64,000 nucleotides of DNA from an uncultured bacterium (GTDB lineage Bacteria > RBG-13-66-14): the NCBI GenBank assembly GCA_964436465.1, contig CAYTCV010000004.1:1196-65195 (forward strand). The letters run 5' to 3'. Shown one piece after another: positions 17,297 through 26,396 of the stretch. The translations under genes and the position numbers were made by a program. Every line of letters starts with the position of its first letter. Positions within the stretch are counted from its first letter, which is position 1. Below the pieces are notes generated by a model. It did no database searches. It was given only the letters and a program-made list of their open reading frames with translations, and had not been told where the DNA came from.

Positions 17297-18508
17297 TCAG
17301 GACTCGCCGGAAAAAACGAAGCGGTACACCGCCACCACCCGCTTGCGCCCCTGCGGGAAGCGCCAGGCGGCGATGAGATTCAGCAACCGGTCGGTGAAAT
17401 ACTCCGGGGTGTTGCTGGACAGAAGCTCCACGTCGGACACCGTGCCGTCGGGCTCGATGGTTATCTGGACCTCGACGCGGTGGTTGGGGTCCTTGACCGG
17501 CACGTGGACGCTGTAGATGTAGGCGATGACCCCGACGTAGTTGTCGAGGAAACGGGTGATGCGGTTGCGGGAGTAGATGTAGGAACGGTCGGTGGAAGAG
17601 GCGGCCGTTTCCGCAATCAGCAGTTCCAGCTCGGCCTCGCGGTCCACCTCGGGCAGGTACGACGCCCCGCCGTATTTGTAACGCTCCGCCATCTCCTGGT
17701 GGTGGAGCCCCAGGCGTCCGAGGGAGCGTACCACGTAGTACGCCACATCCTCGTCGTCGGGGTTCTCCCCGAGAATCTCCTCCCCACGCTCGACTACCTG
17801 GTCGTAGAGGTCCATCGCCTTGTCCGATACGGCCGCAGGGTCGTCGGAAATCGGGGCCGCCAGCTCGTTGGTCTCCGCCAAGGCGAAGAGGAGCCGCTCG
17901 TTCGTGCGCACGTCGGGCGCGTGGGCGTACAGGTTCTCGTAAACGCCCAGGGCCCCGGCGTAATCGCCGTACTCGCGGTACACGCCGCCGAGAATGAACA
18001 GGGCGTCCTTGTAGTTCTCGGCGTCGAGAATCCGCTGGAGGTAGTCGAGAAAATCCTCCGGCGGGTTGAAGTACAGCAGGCGGACCAGGGACTCCAGCGC
18101 CAGCTTGCGCCAGACCCGCCCTTCGTCACCCTCGGGAAGTTGCGACGCGAAGAGGATGAGCCGGTTGTACTCGTACACCGCCTCCTCGGGCCGGCCGAGG
18201 TAGTCCAGGCACAGCGCCCGGCCGTACAGGGCGTTGGGGTAGAAGGGGTGGCCGCGTTCCACCTCGCGGAAGCGGGCCAGGGCGAGGGTGTAGTCCCCCG
18301 CGGCGAAGGCGTCGAACCCGGCCTGCAAACGCTCCTCGGGCGAGCCCGCTCCGGTCGGGGCGCGGAAAAGGTCGGGGGCCACCCGGCTCTGGGGGGCGGA
18401 GATGACGATGGGGTCGGCGACGAAGGTGTAAACCTCGACCTCCTGCGCCGCGAAGGGCGGGGAGGTCGCGCCGAGGACCAGGAGCAGGGCGGGGAGGGTG
18501 AATCGCAT
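17297..18508 (-). CDS. TPR-repeat protein with C-terminal TonB-like domain
   Basis: Likely start is MRFTLPALLLVLG (signal peptide). TPR helices are followed by a C-terminal TonB_C-like ~90 aa (YSVHVPV...VEVQITIEPDGTVSDVELLSS...). Confidence 0.55.
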   Translation of the reverse strand: MRFTLPALLLVLGATSPPFAAQEVEVYTFVADPIVISAPQSRVAPDLFRAPTGAGSPEERLQAGFDAFAAGDYTLALARFREVERGHPFYPNALYGRALCLDYLGRPEEAVYEYNRLILFASQLPEGDEGRVWRKLALESLVRLLYFNPPEDFLDYLQRILDAENYKDALFILGGVYREYGDYAGALGVYENLYAHAPDVRTNERLLFALAETNELAAPISDDPAAVSDKAMDLYDQVVERGEEILGENPDDEDVAYYVVRSLGRLGLHHQEMAERYKYGGASYLPEVDREAELELLIAETAASSTDRSYIYSRNRITRFLDNYVGVIAYIYSVHVPVKDPNHRVEVQITIEPDGTVSDVELLSSNTPEYFTDRLLNLIAAWRFPQGRKRVVAVYRFVFSGES

Positions 18509-18581
18509 CTTCGGGCGGATTCCTAAGGGGAATTTGTATTTTGAGAAAAGTATAACCGAGATGCCCGAGCCGGGCAAGGGG

Positions 18582-19547
18582 TCAGGCGCGCGGGGCGGGT
18601 ACGACCGGGGTGAGGCGGAAGGGGGGTTTCAGGCGCCGGCCGTTGGCGAAATTTCTCGCCGTCAACCGCTTCGAGCCGCCGGCCTGGACCTCGAGAATCT
18701 CCAGGACCGACCCGTCGCCGCAGGCCGCGAGCCAGCCGTCTTCGGTGCAGCGGAAGACCACGCCGGGCGGTTCGGTGGTATCGTCTGGAGCTAAACAACA
18801 GCGGTGGACCTTGAGCGTCTCATCCTCCAGAAGGCAGAAAACCCCCGGCCAGGGCAGCAGGCCCCGCCAGCGGTCGTAGAGCTTACGCGCCGGACGGGTG
18901 AAATCGAGGCCGCCGTGCTCCCGCTTGAGAAGCGGTGCGAAGGTGACGCGGGACTCATCCTGGGGCGTCCGGGTATCGTTCCCGGAGTGAACCAGCCTGA
19001 CCGCCTCGACGAGGAGGGGAATCCCCCGCTCGGTCAGGCGCCCGAAAAGCTCCGGGGCCGTCTCGTCGGGCCCGACGTCGAGCCCGAGCTGGAGGACGAC
19101 GTCCCCGGCGTCCATCTTTTTCGTCATCCGCTGAACGGTGACGCCGGTGCGCTGGACCCCTTCCACCAGGGCCCAGTTCACCGGCGCCGCGCCGCGATAC
19201 TCCGGCAGGAGGCTGAAGTGGAGGTTGAGCGCCGCCAGGCGCGGCACGGCCAGGAGCTTTCCGGGGAGGAAATTGCCGTAGGCCACCACGGTGAAGAGGT
19301 CGGGGGCGAGGGCCGCCAGGTGTTCCACGAGTTCCGCGTCCCGGGCGCTCTCCGGCTGGAGAACGGTAAGGCCAAGCCTCTCGGCCGACTCGCGGACCGG
19401 GGTGGGTTGCATATTCATGCCCCGCCCCACGGGACGGTCCGGCTGGCTGACCACGGCGGCTACATCGAAGCCCCCGGTGACGAGGGCCTCGAGGGCGCGG
19501 GCCGCCACGGGCGGCGTGCCGAAAAAAACCAGCCGGGGTCCCATCAA
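18582..19547 (-). CDS. fmt: Methionyl-tRNA formyltransferase
   Basis: Formyl-transferase N-domain (LNLHFSLLPEYRGAAPVNWAL) and Fmt C-domain. Overlaps def by 4 nt. Confidence 0.92.
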   Translation of the reverse strand: MMGPRLVFFGTPPVAARALEALVTGGFDVAAVVSQPDRPVGRGMNMQPTPVRESAERLGLTVLQPESARDAELVEHLAALAPDLFTVVAYGNFLPGKLLAVPRLAALNLHFSLLPEYRGAAPVNWALVEGVQRTGVTVQRMTKKMDAGDVVLQLGLDVGPDETAPELFGRLTERGIPLLVEAVRLVHSGNDTRTPQDESRVTFAPLLKREHGGLDFTRPARKLYDRWRGLLPWPGVFCLLEDETLKVHRCCLAPDDTTEPPGVVFRCTEDGWLAACGDGSVLEILEVQAGGSKRLTARNFANGRRLKPPFRLTPVVPAPRA

Positions 19548-20110
19548 TCCCCCAGGTCGTCGGGAACGATTCTGCGCCAGCCGCGTTCGGTCTGGGCGGC
19601 CAGGGCCTTGAGCTTGCGGTGGAAGAGCATCCGCTGGGCCTTGGACAGGCGGTCCACGAAGAGGACGCCGTTCAGGTGGTCCACCTCGTGCTGAATCGCG
19701 CGGGCGGCCAGACCGTCGAGCACGAAGTCCAGCTCCCCGCCGTCGAGGTCCCGCGCCCGGAGGCGGACCCTGTCGTACCGGGCCACCCGGCCGTAAATTT
19801 GCGGCAGGCTAAGGCAGCCCTCCTTATCGGAGAACAACCCCCCCATCGGCTCATACTCGGGATTGATGATGGGGATGGGCTCCGCGTTTTCCTCGGGTGC
19901 GATTCCCGGAATGAGGCGGGGGTGGAGGACGATGAGCCGGACGTTCCGGCCCACCTGGGGCGCGGCCAATCCGAGCCCCCGCGCGGCGAGCATGGTCTCA
20001 CCCATGTCCCGGGCCAGTTCAACCAGGGACGCGGCGTCATCCACCGGCGCGCTGTCCCGACGGAGCGTCTCGTCGTCGTAGCAGAAGATGGGCAGAATGG
20101 CCACGGTCAT
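19544..20110 (-). CDS. def: Peptide deformylase
   Basis: GLAAPQVG, EGCLS and QHEVDHL motifs. Confidence 0.93.
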   Translation of the reverse strand: MTVAILPIFCYDDETLRRDSAPVDDAASLVELARDMGETMLAARGLGLAAPQVGRNVRLIVLHPRLIPGIAPEENAEPIPIINPEYEPMGGLFSDKEGCLSLPQIYGRVARYDRVRLRARDLDGGELDFVLDGLAARAIQHEVDHLNGVLFVDRLSKAQRMLFHRKLKALAAQTERGWRRIVPDDLGD

Positions 20111-20199
20111 CGACCTCCCTCAGCGCGGAGGTTAGCAGCTTAAATCCGACTCGTCAACTCGATAAAGGTAATTCCACCGCCAACCAGTTGAATCCCCGC

Positions 20200-20228
20200 T
20201 GAAAAAAGCGGCCCGGCGGGGCCGCTCA
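20200..20228 (-). terminator. Rho-independent terminator downstream of fabF (minus strand)
   Basis: GCGGCCCCGCCGGGCCGC stem followed by TTTTTTCA on the minus strand. Confidence 0.55.
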
Positions 20229-20245
20229 TAAAAACCGCTCGGGAA

Positions 20246-21481
20246 CTACAGCTTCTTGAAGCAGATGACCGCGTTGTGGCCGCCGAAGCCGAAGCTGTTG
20301 GACAGAGCGGCCCTGACGTCCAGCTTGCGGCTGCCCTCGGGAACGAAGTCCAGGTCGCACTCGGGGTCGGGGTGGGTGAGGTTGGCCGTGCGATGGACGA
20401 TTCCCCCCTCGATACTCTTCACCGTCGCCACTGCCTCCATGCCGCCGGCGGCGCCCAGGCCGTGGCCGAGCATGGATTTGGTGGAGCTGACTGCCAGGCG
20501 GCCGGCGTGGGCCCCGAAGACGGTCTTGATGGCCATGGTCTCGAACTTGTCGTTCAGCTCGGTGGAGGTACCGTGGGCGTTGATGTAGTCGATGTCCGTG
20601 GGGGTCAGGCCGGCGTCCTTGAGGGCCATGGCCATCGCCCGGGCCGCGCCGTCTCCGCCGGGGGCCGGGGCGGTGAGGTGGTAGCCGTCGCCGGTCAGGC
20701 CGTAGCCCGCCAGTTCGCAGTAGATTTTCGCGCCGCGCGCCTTGGCGTGCTCCATCTCCTCCAGGAGCAGAATCCCGCACCCCTCACCCATGATGAATCC
20801 GTCGCGCAGGGCGTCGAAAGGCCGGCTGGACTCTTCGGGGGGGCAGTCCCGGGTCGTCAGGGCCCGGGCGGCGCAGAATCCGCCGAAGCCCAGGTTTCCG
20901 ATGGCCGCCTCGCTCCCGCCGGCGAGGGCGACGTCCGCCCGCCCGGCGCGGATGTTGCCCAGGGCCTCCCCGATGGCGTGCGTCGCCGAGGCGCAGGCCG
21001 ACGTGGTGCAGAAGTTGGGCCCTTTCAGCCCCAGGCTGATTGAAACCTGCCCCGCGGCCATATCCGCGATGACCTGGGGGATGAAGAAGGGGCTGATTCC
21101 CTTCAGGCCGCGTTCCGAGAACTTGACCGCCGTCTCCTCGATGTAGTTGATGTCGCCGATGCCCACGCCGATGATGACGGCGAAGCGGTTCCGGTCCACG
21201 TCGGTCAGCGTGAGGCGGCCCTCGGTCAGAGCCTCCAGGGAGGCGGTGAGGGCGAACTGGACGAAGCGGGCCATCCGCTTGGCGGCTTTGGCCTCGATGG
21301 TCGCCAGGGGGTCGTAGCCCTTGACCTCGGCCGCCACCTTGCACGGGTAAAGCTCCGGATTCACGGCGGTGACGGTCGCCACGCCGGACTTCCCCGCCAG
21401 AAGCGCGTCCCAGGTTTCCTTGACGTTCAGACCGACCGGGGTCACGGCGCCCAGGCCGGTGACGACGACTCGTCGGGTCAT
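20246..21481 (-). CDS. fabF: 3-oxoacyl-ACP synthase II
   Basis: KAS II active-site Cys (TTSACAS) and HGTST / GHGLGAAG motifs. Probable start is MTRRVVVTGLG at 21481; the ORF track starts at 21490. Confidence 0.93.
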   Translation of the reverse strand: MTRRVVVTGLGAVTPVGLNVKETWDALLAGKSGVATVTAVNPELYPCKVAAEVKGYDPLATIEAKAAKRMARFVQFALTASLEALTEGRLTLTDVDRNRFAVIIGVGIGDINYIEETAVKFSERGLKGISPFFIPQVIADMAAGQVSISLGLKGPNFCTTSACASATHAIGEALGNIRAGRADVALAGGSEAAIGNLGFGGFCAARALTTRDCPPEESSRPFDALRDGFIMGEGCGILLLEEMEHAKARGAKIYCELAGYGLTGDGYHLTAPAPGGDGAARAMAMALKDAGLTPTDIDYINAHGTSTELNDKFETMAIKTVFGAHAGRLAVSSTKSMLGHGLGAAGGMEAVATVKSIEGGIVHRTANLTHPDPECDLDFVPEGSRKLDVRAALSNSFGFGGHNAVICFKKL

Positions 21482-21571
21482 CTGAAACACCTCGGAGTTT
21501 TATAAAGGCGTCCTTGAGAGACGCCGTTATACACGGTCATCGCCCGGTTCGGGAGACAACCTCGACGATTC

Positions 21572-21817
21572 CTATTCCTTGACGTGTTCCTGGAGATACT
21601 TGATAGCGTCGCCCACGGTGCGAATGCTGGCGGCGTCCTCGTCCGGAATCTCCATGTCGAACTCTTCCTCGAGCTTCATGACCAGCTCGACGGTGTCCAG
21701 GGAATCGGCGCCCAGGTCGTCCACGAAGGCGGCATCCGGCGTCACCTGTTCGGCGTCCACACTGAGTTCGTTGACCACGATTTCCTTAACCTTGGTCTCG
21801 ATCTCTTCGTAGGTCAT
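21572..21817 (-). CDS. acpP: Acyl carrier protein
   Basis: DLGADSLD phosphopantetheine-attachment motif; 81 aa. Confidence 0.95.
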   Translation of the reverse strand: MTYEEIETKVKEIVVNELSVDAEQVTPDAAFVDDLGADSLDTVELVMKLEEEFDMEIPDEDAASIRTVGDAIKYLQEHVKE

Positions 21818-21949
21818 TTAAGCCTCCCGCGGGTCCTCGGTTACGTTGCGAGGGGGTACTTTAGCAGCAAAACCCCGGCCGTGTCAAGGGAGTCCGCGGG
21901 CCCTGACCCGACACGAGCATCCATTTTCAGGCCGCCGTGAAATAAATGC

Positions 21950-21978
21950 TTGAAATCAGTTCCGAAGCTGTCTATACT
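21950..21978 (+). promoter_or_regulatory. Sigma70-like promoter of the TetR-MMPL cluster (TTGAAA-N17-TATACT)
   Basis: -35 at 21950-21955, -10 at 21973-21978, read directly. Confidence 0.5.
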
Positions 21979-21987
21979 ACCTGACGA

Positions 21988-22015
21988 ACCGACCAGTAAT
22001 ACATAATCAGTCGGT
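21988..22015. promoter_or_regulatory. Inverted repeat ACCGAC-N16-GTCGGT downstream of the -10; candidate TetR operator
   Basis: Perfect 6-bp arms between the promoter and the TetR start codon. Confidence 0.3.
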
Positions 22016-22629
22016 TGTTCATATCTGGATACTTCAGTCAAGGGGGGACTTTGTCCGAAAACACCAAAGAAACGATTCTCGACGCGGCCAAGCGGCTCTT
22101 CATCCGCTTCGGCAAGCGTAAAACATCGGTGGACGAAATCGCGCGCGCCGCCCAGGTCGGCAAGGGCACGGTCTATTTCCACTTCAAGAGCAAAGAGGAA
22201 ATCTGGGACACCATCGTCGACGAGGAGGTGGAGGCCGGTATCCGGTGCATAACCGAGGCCCTGGAACAGGCCGATACGGCCCGGGAAAAGCTCCGCGCCT
22301 ACATCCAAATCCGGTACAAGGTCTTCGGTGAGGAGCTGGACATCCTCAACATCCAACAGGGTGTACTCGACGAGCTCTTCCCCGAGATTACCCAGGTCAT
22401 CGAGGAGTTCAAGACGAAGGAAATCGAGTTCCTGAAAGAAATCCTCGCCTACGGCGTCCGGCGCGGGGAGTTCCGGGAGGTTGACCTCGAACCCCTGCCG
22501 ATGATTCTGGTCACCATGCTCGAGTCCTTGAGCGAGTACTGGGTAAGGAAGGTACGCCTAATCGGTATCGAAGAGACCATAGACAACCTCCTCAACGTTT
22601 TTTTCTACGGGCTGTTGAAGACAGGCTGA
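22015..22629 (+). CDS. TetR/AcrR-family transcriptional regulator
   Basis: TetR_N HTH (ILDAAKRLFIRFGKRKTSVDEIARAAQVGKGTVYFHFKSKEEI). True start may be TTG at 22051, which has a GGGGGG RBS. Confidence 0.85.
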   Translation: MFISGYFSQGGTLSENTKETILDAAKRLFIRFGKRKTSVDEIARAAQVGKGTVYFHFKSKEEIWDTIVDEEVEAGIRCITEALEQADTAREKLRAYIQIRYKVFGEELDILNIQQGVLDELFPEITQVIEEFKTKEIEFLKEILAYGVRRGEFREVDLEPLPMILVTMLESLSEYWVRKVRLIGIEETIDNLLNVFFYGLLKTG

Positions 22630-22648
22630 CAACGCCCTTAGGGGAATC

Positions 22649-25600
22649 TTGGAAAAAATCGCCGCGTTCATCGTCCGCCACCGCTGGCCGGTCCTGGTCG
22701 CCGTCCTCGCCGTGACCGGCTTCTTTTTCTGGGGCATGGGCAAGCTTGAGGTCAAAACCGATTTTATGACCTCCTTCGACCCCAACGAGCCGGTGGTGAA
22801 GCTCTACGACTACATGGGTCAAGCCTTCGGCGGCAACGACGTCGCCCTGGTGGCCCTGGAAACGGACGACGTCTTCCGCCGCGACATTCTCGGTGCAATG
22901 CGGGGCTTCGCCCGAAAGGCCGAGACCCTGGAGGGTGTGGACTCCGTCCTGTGCCTGACCGACATGATGGATATCAGGAAAACCGCCGATGGCATCGAGG
23001 TGGGCGACCTCTTCAACCCCGGTGAGCTGCCGGGCCAGAATGAAATAGACGCCCGGCGCGGCTACATCCTGGGAAAGGAGATGTACACAGGCATCTTCGT
23101 CTCGCCCTCGGGAAGAATGGCGGTCATCCTGGTCCGTCTCACCGGAAACGGTAAGGTGGACCGGGTGGAGCTGGGCCAGGAGCTGCGCCGGATGGCCGAT
23201 GAGGAGTTCACCGGTACGGGGGTGAAGCTCTATTACGCCGGCCTCCCCTTCCAGATTTACTACATAAACCAAATCGTACTCGACGACATGGGCCTGTTGA
23301 CCCCGGTGGTCTTCGGGCTGGTGGCGCTGGTCCTGGGGCTCTTCTACCGCCGCCTGGCGGGCGTGTTCCTGCCGCTCGCGGGAGTGGGGTTCGCCGTGGT
23401 GTGGAGCCTGGGGCTCATGGGGCTCACCGGGACCCCCATCTCAATCATGACCGGCGTACTCCCGGTGGTATTGGTGGCGGTGGGCTCGGCCTACGCCATC
23501 CATGTAGTTAGCCGGTACGTTGACGAGCGGCGGCTGGTGGGAGACCGGCGCGAGGCCACCCGGCGCGCCTTCTCCCACGTCGGCCTCCCGGTGCTCTTCG
23601 CCGGACTGACCACGGTGGTCGGCTTCGGCTCCCTGGCCAGCGCCAACATCCAGATAATCCGCGAGATGGGCCTGTTCGCCGCCTTCGGCGTCTTCGGGGC
23701 CATGGTCATCTCCCTGACCCTGGTCCCGGCGGTCCTGGCCATAATCGGCGGGTCGGTCAAGCACGATTTCGTGAACCGCATAGTCGAGCCGGGTAGGATT
23801 TCCCACGCGGTGAGCCGTTTCATCGAGCACCGTCCCAGGCTCATCAGCCTCGGCGTTCTGGTCCTCTTCATCGCCGGCGTCGTCGCGCTTCCCTACGTCC
23901 GGCGCGAGGTGAATCTGGTCGAGTTCTTCCCCGAGGACTCCACCATGCGCTCGAGCGAGCGGGTAATCGAAAGGCACTTCGGCGGCAGCGTCCCGATGCA
24001 GGTGTACGTACAGGGGGACATCCGCCACCCCAGCGTCCTGGCGCGCATGGAGCGCATCGAGAAGCTGATGCGTTCCCGGGTGGGTCACGGCGCCCAGAGC
24101 ATCGGGGCACTCCTGAGCGAGCTCGACTTCAACCTGTACGGCGAGCGCCGTGTCCCGCCCACACGTGCCGGGGTCAACGAGCTGTTCTACCTCATCGAGG
24201 GCAACAACCTGCTGAAGAATCTGGTCGCCCGGGGCGGTTACTTCCCACCGGATGCGGTGCGCCGGCTCGCCGCGTTTTACCCGACCTCCACCCAAAACGA
24301 TGGGGAGACCGATGCGGAAGAGGGTCTGGAGACCGAGGCGGTCATCGTCACCAACGTCTCCAGCTCCCGGACCCAGGAGATGATAGCCCACGACAAGGTT
24401 GTCGAGGAATTCCTGAAGCATGACGTCCCGCGGTTGGAGTCGCCGGTGACGGTGGCCGACCTGGACGAGACGGCCTTCGGTGAGCTGCGGGATTATCAGC
24501 TCGGCTGGCTCGCCTGGGGGCTCTCGCAAGACGCGCAGTACCGGGGGTTCAAGCTTGGGCGGGAGGAGGCTCTGCTCCTGCTCCGTGAGATGAGGCTCGG
24601 CGAGCCGGTCTCACTGGACGCCGAGACCATCGCCGGCACCCTGACCCCCTGGGTGGAGGACTACGTGAAAAATTCCGGTGACGTGCTCCTGGACGACCTT
24701 GCCGCACAGGAGCGCCTGGCCACCGCCATCGCCGCCGTCTGGCGGCCCGGCGGGAGCCTCTACCCCGACCCGGCGGAAATCTCCGCCGCCGTCGAGAGCG
24801 CCCTGCCCGCGTCTTACCTGGCGGAATATCCCGACGACCCGGATTGGCTCGCCGACATCATCTCCAAGCGGACGACCCACCTGGTCCAGAACGCCGTGGT
24901 GGACCGCTGGACCACAGAGGCGTTGGGGAAACTTCCCGGGGAGTTCTCCATCGACGCCGAGTTCGTCTCCGACCTGCGCGGGGCCCTCTTCGGGCTCACC
25001 GACCGCACGGCCTACGTACCGTCGGACATGGCGTTTCGCCTGACCGGGGAGGCCCCGAGGGAAATCGTCCCCCTGCTCATCGCGCAGAGTGGCTTCCCCC
25101 GCATCTACAGCGTCATGGAAGGCAAGATGGTGGACAACCAGAAGGTCTCCATGGCCATCGCCTACGTGCTGGTGTTCTTCCTCCTCCTGGCCGTGATGCG
25201 CAACGTCGTCGGCGGTCTGCTGGCCTCCATCCCCATCCTGCTGACGATTCTCTTAAATTTCGCCATCATGGCGCTGTGGGGCATCCCGCTGGACTTCGTC
25301 ACCATGATGATAGCCAGCCTGGTCATCGGCATCGGGGTGGACTACACGATTCATTTCACGGAGTCGTTCCGCCGCGAGCTCGCGCGGTCTGAAAGCCCGG
25401 TCACGGCCCTGGAGCGGGTCCTGGCCACCACGGGGCGCGCGGTCATCATCAACGCCGCCAGCGTCGCCGCCGGCTTCCTGGTGCTCCTGGCCAGCGAAAT
25501 CATTCCCCTGCGCCAGTTCGGCGTCCTGGTGGCGGTGACCATGGTCGCCAGCTCCCTGGCGGCGCTGGTCATCCTCCCGGCCATCTACTTCACCTTCCGG

Positions 25601-25660
25601 CCTAAATTCATTTTCAACAAGGGGTTAAAACTCCCTACCTCGAAGAAGGAGAAAGAATGA
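22649..25660 (+). CDS. MMPL/RND-superfamily exporter (HpnN-like, two sterol-sensing-type domains)
   Basis: 1003 aa with two ~6-TM bundles, each preceded by a large periplasmic domain; RND permease-like repeats. Confidence 0.85.
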   Translation: MEKIAAFIVRHRWPVLVAVLAVTGFFFWGMGKLEVKTDFMTSFDPNEPVVKLYDYMGQAFGGNDVALVALETDDVFRRDILGAMRGFARKAETLEGVDSVLCLTDMMDIRKTADGIEVGDLFNPGELPGQNEIDARRGYILGKEMYTGIFVSPSGRMAVILVRLTGNGKVDRVELGQELRRMADEEFTGTGVKLYYAGLPFQIYYINQIVLDDMGLLTPVVFGLVALVLGLFYRRLAGVFLPLAGVGFAVVWSLGLMGLTGTPISIMTGVLPVVLVAVGSAYAIHVVSRYVDERRLVGDRREATRRAFSHVGLPVLFAGLTTVVGFGSLASANIQIIREMGLFAAFGVFGAMVISLTLVPAVLAIIGGSVKHDFVNRIVEPGRISHAVSRFIEHRPRLISLGVLVLFIAGVVALPYVRREVNLVEFFPEDSTMRSSERVIERHFGGSVPMQVYVQGDIRHPSVLARMERIEKLMRSRVGHGAQSIGALLSELDFNLYGERRVPPTRAGVNELFYLIEGNNLLKNLVARGGYFPPDAVRRLAAFYPTSTQNDGETDAEEGLETEAVIVTNVSSSRTQEMIAHDKVVEEFLKHDVPRLESPVTVADLDETAFGELRDYQLGWLAWGLSQDAQYRGFKLGREEALLLLREMRLGEPVSLDAETIAGTLTPWVEDYVKNSGDVLLDDLAAQERLATAIAAVWRPGGSLYPDPAEISAAVESALPASYLAEYPDDPDWLADIISKRTTHLVQNAVVDRWTTEALGKLPGEFSIDAEFVSDLRGALFGLTDRTAYVPSDMAFRLTGEAPREIVPLLIAQSGFPRIYSVMEGKMVDNQKVSMAIAYVLVFFLLLAVMRNVVGGLLASIPILLTILLNFAIMALWGIPLDFVTMMIASLVIGIGVDYTIHFTESFRRELARSESPVTALERVLATTGRAVIINAASVAAGFLVLLASEIIPLRQFGVLVAVTMVASSLAALVILPAIYFTFRPKFIFNKGLKLPTSKKEKE

Positions 25661-26388
25661 GACGGTTAACTTCAATCAGCCTGATTCTGGCCCTCGGCGC
25701 GTGTGCGCCCGCCCTGGCCATCACCGCCCAGGGCATTCTGGACAAAATCTCCGACACCCTCACCGGCGCGGCCGACATGACCGCGGTGTATAAAATAACC
25801 GTCACCGACGCCGACGGCTCCAGCCAGACTTCGACGATAAAAATCTGGACCCTGGGCGACGAGAAACGGATGCTCAAGTACACCTCCCCGTCCTCGGTGA
25901 AGGGCATAGGCTTCCTGGTGCTGGGCGAGGACGAGATGTACTTCTACTCCCCCAGCCGGGCCGACGTCCGCCGCATCGCCGGTCACGCACGCAACGAGGG
26001 CTTCCATAACACCGATTTCAGTTACAAGGACCTGGCGAGCTACGACTACTCCGCGGACTACACGGCGGAGCTGGTGCAGACCACCGACACGCAGTACAAG
26101 CTCAAGCTCACGCCGAAATCCGGCGCCGACACGGGCTACGCCAGCCTGGTCATGTGGGTCGACCGGGACACCTGGGTCTTCGACCGTATAGACTTCTACG
26201 ATTCATCGGGCCTCGTGAAACGGATGACCACGGGGTCGGTCTCGGTCCGGGACGGTTACACGACCCTGGGCGCCCTGCTGATGGTCAATCAGGAAAACGG
26301 CCACAAGACCCAAATCACCATCTCCAGCGTGGAGTACGACACCGGCCTCGAATCGTCCTTCTTCAGCCAGCGCGAGCTCAAGAAATGA
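25657..26388 (+). CDS. LolA-like outer-membrane lipoprotein-sorting protein (DUF1329/LolA-fold type)
   Basis: Lipoprotein signal LALGAC; 243 aa; strong RBS AAGGAGAAAGAATG overlapping the MMPL stop; beta-rich. Confidence 0.65.
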   Translation: MRRLTSISLILALGACAPALAITAQGILDKISDTLTGAADMTAVYKITVTDADGSSQTSTIKIWTLGDEKRMLKYTSPSSVKGIGFLVLGEDEMYFYSPSRADVRRIAGHARNEGFHNTDFSYKDLASYDYSADYTAELVQTTDTQYKLKLTPKSGADTGYASLVMWVDRDTWVFDRIDFYDSSGLVKRMTTGSVSVRDGYTTLGALLMVNQENGHKTQITISSVEYDTGLESSFFSQRELKK

Positions 26389-26396
26389 GGGGGTGC

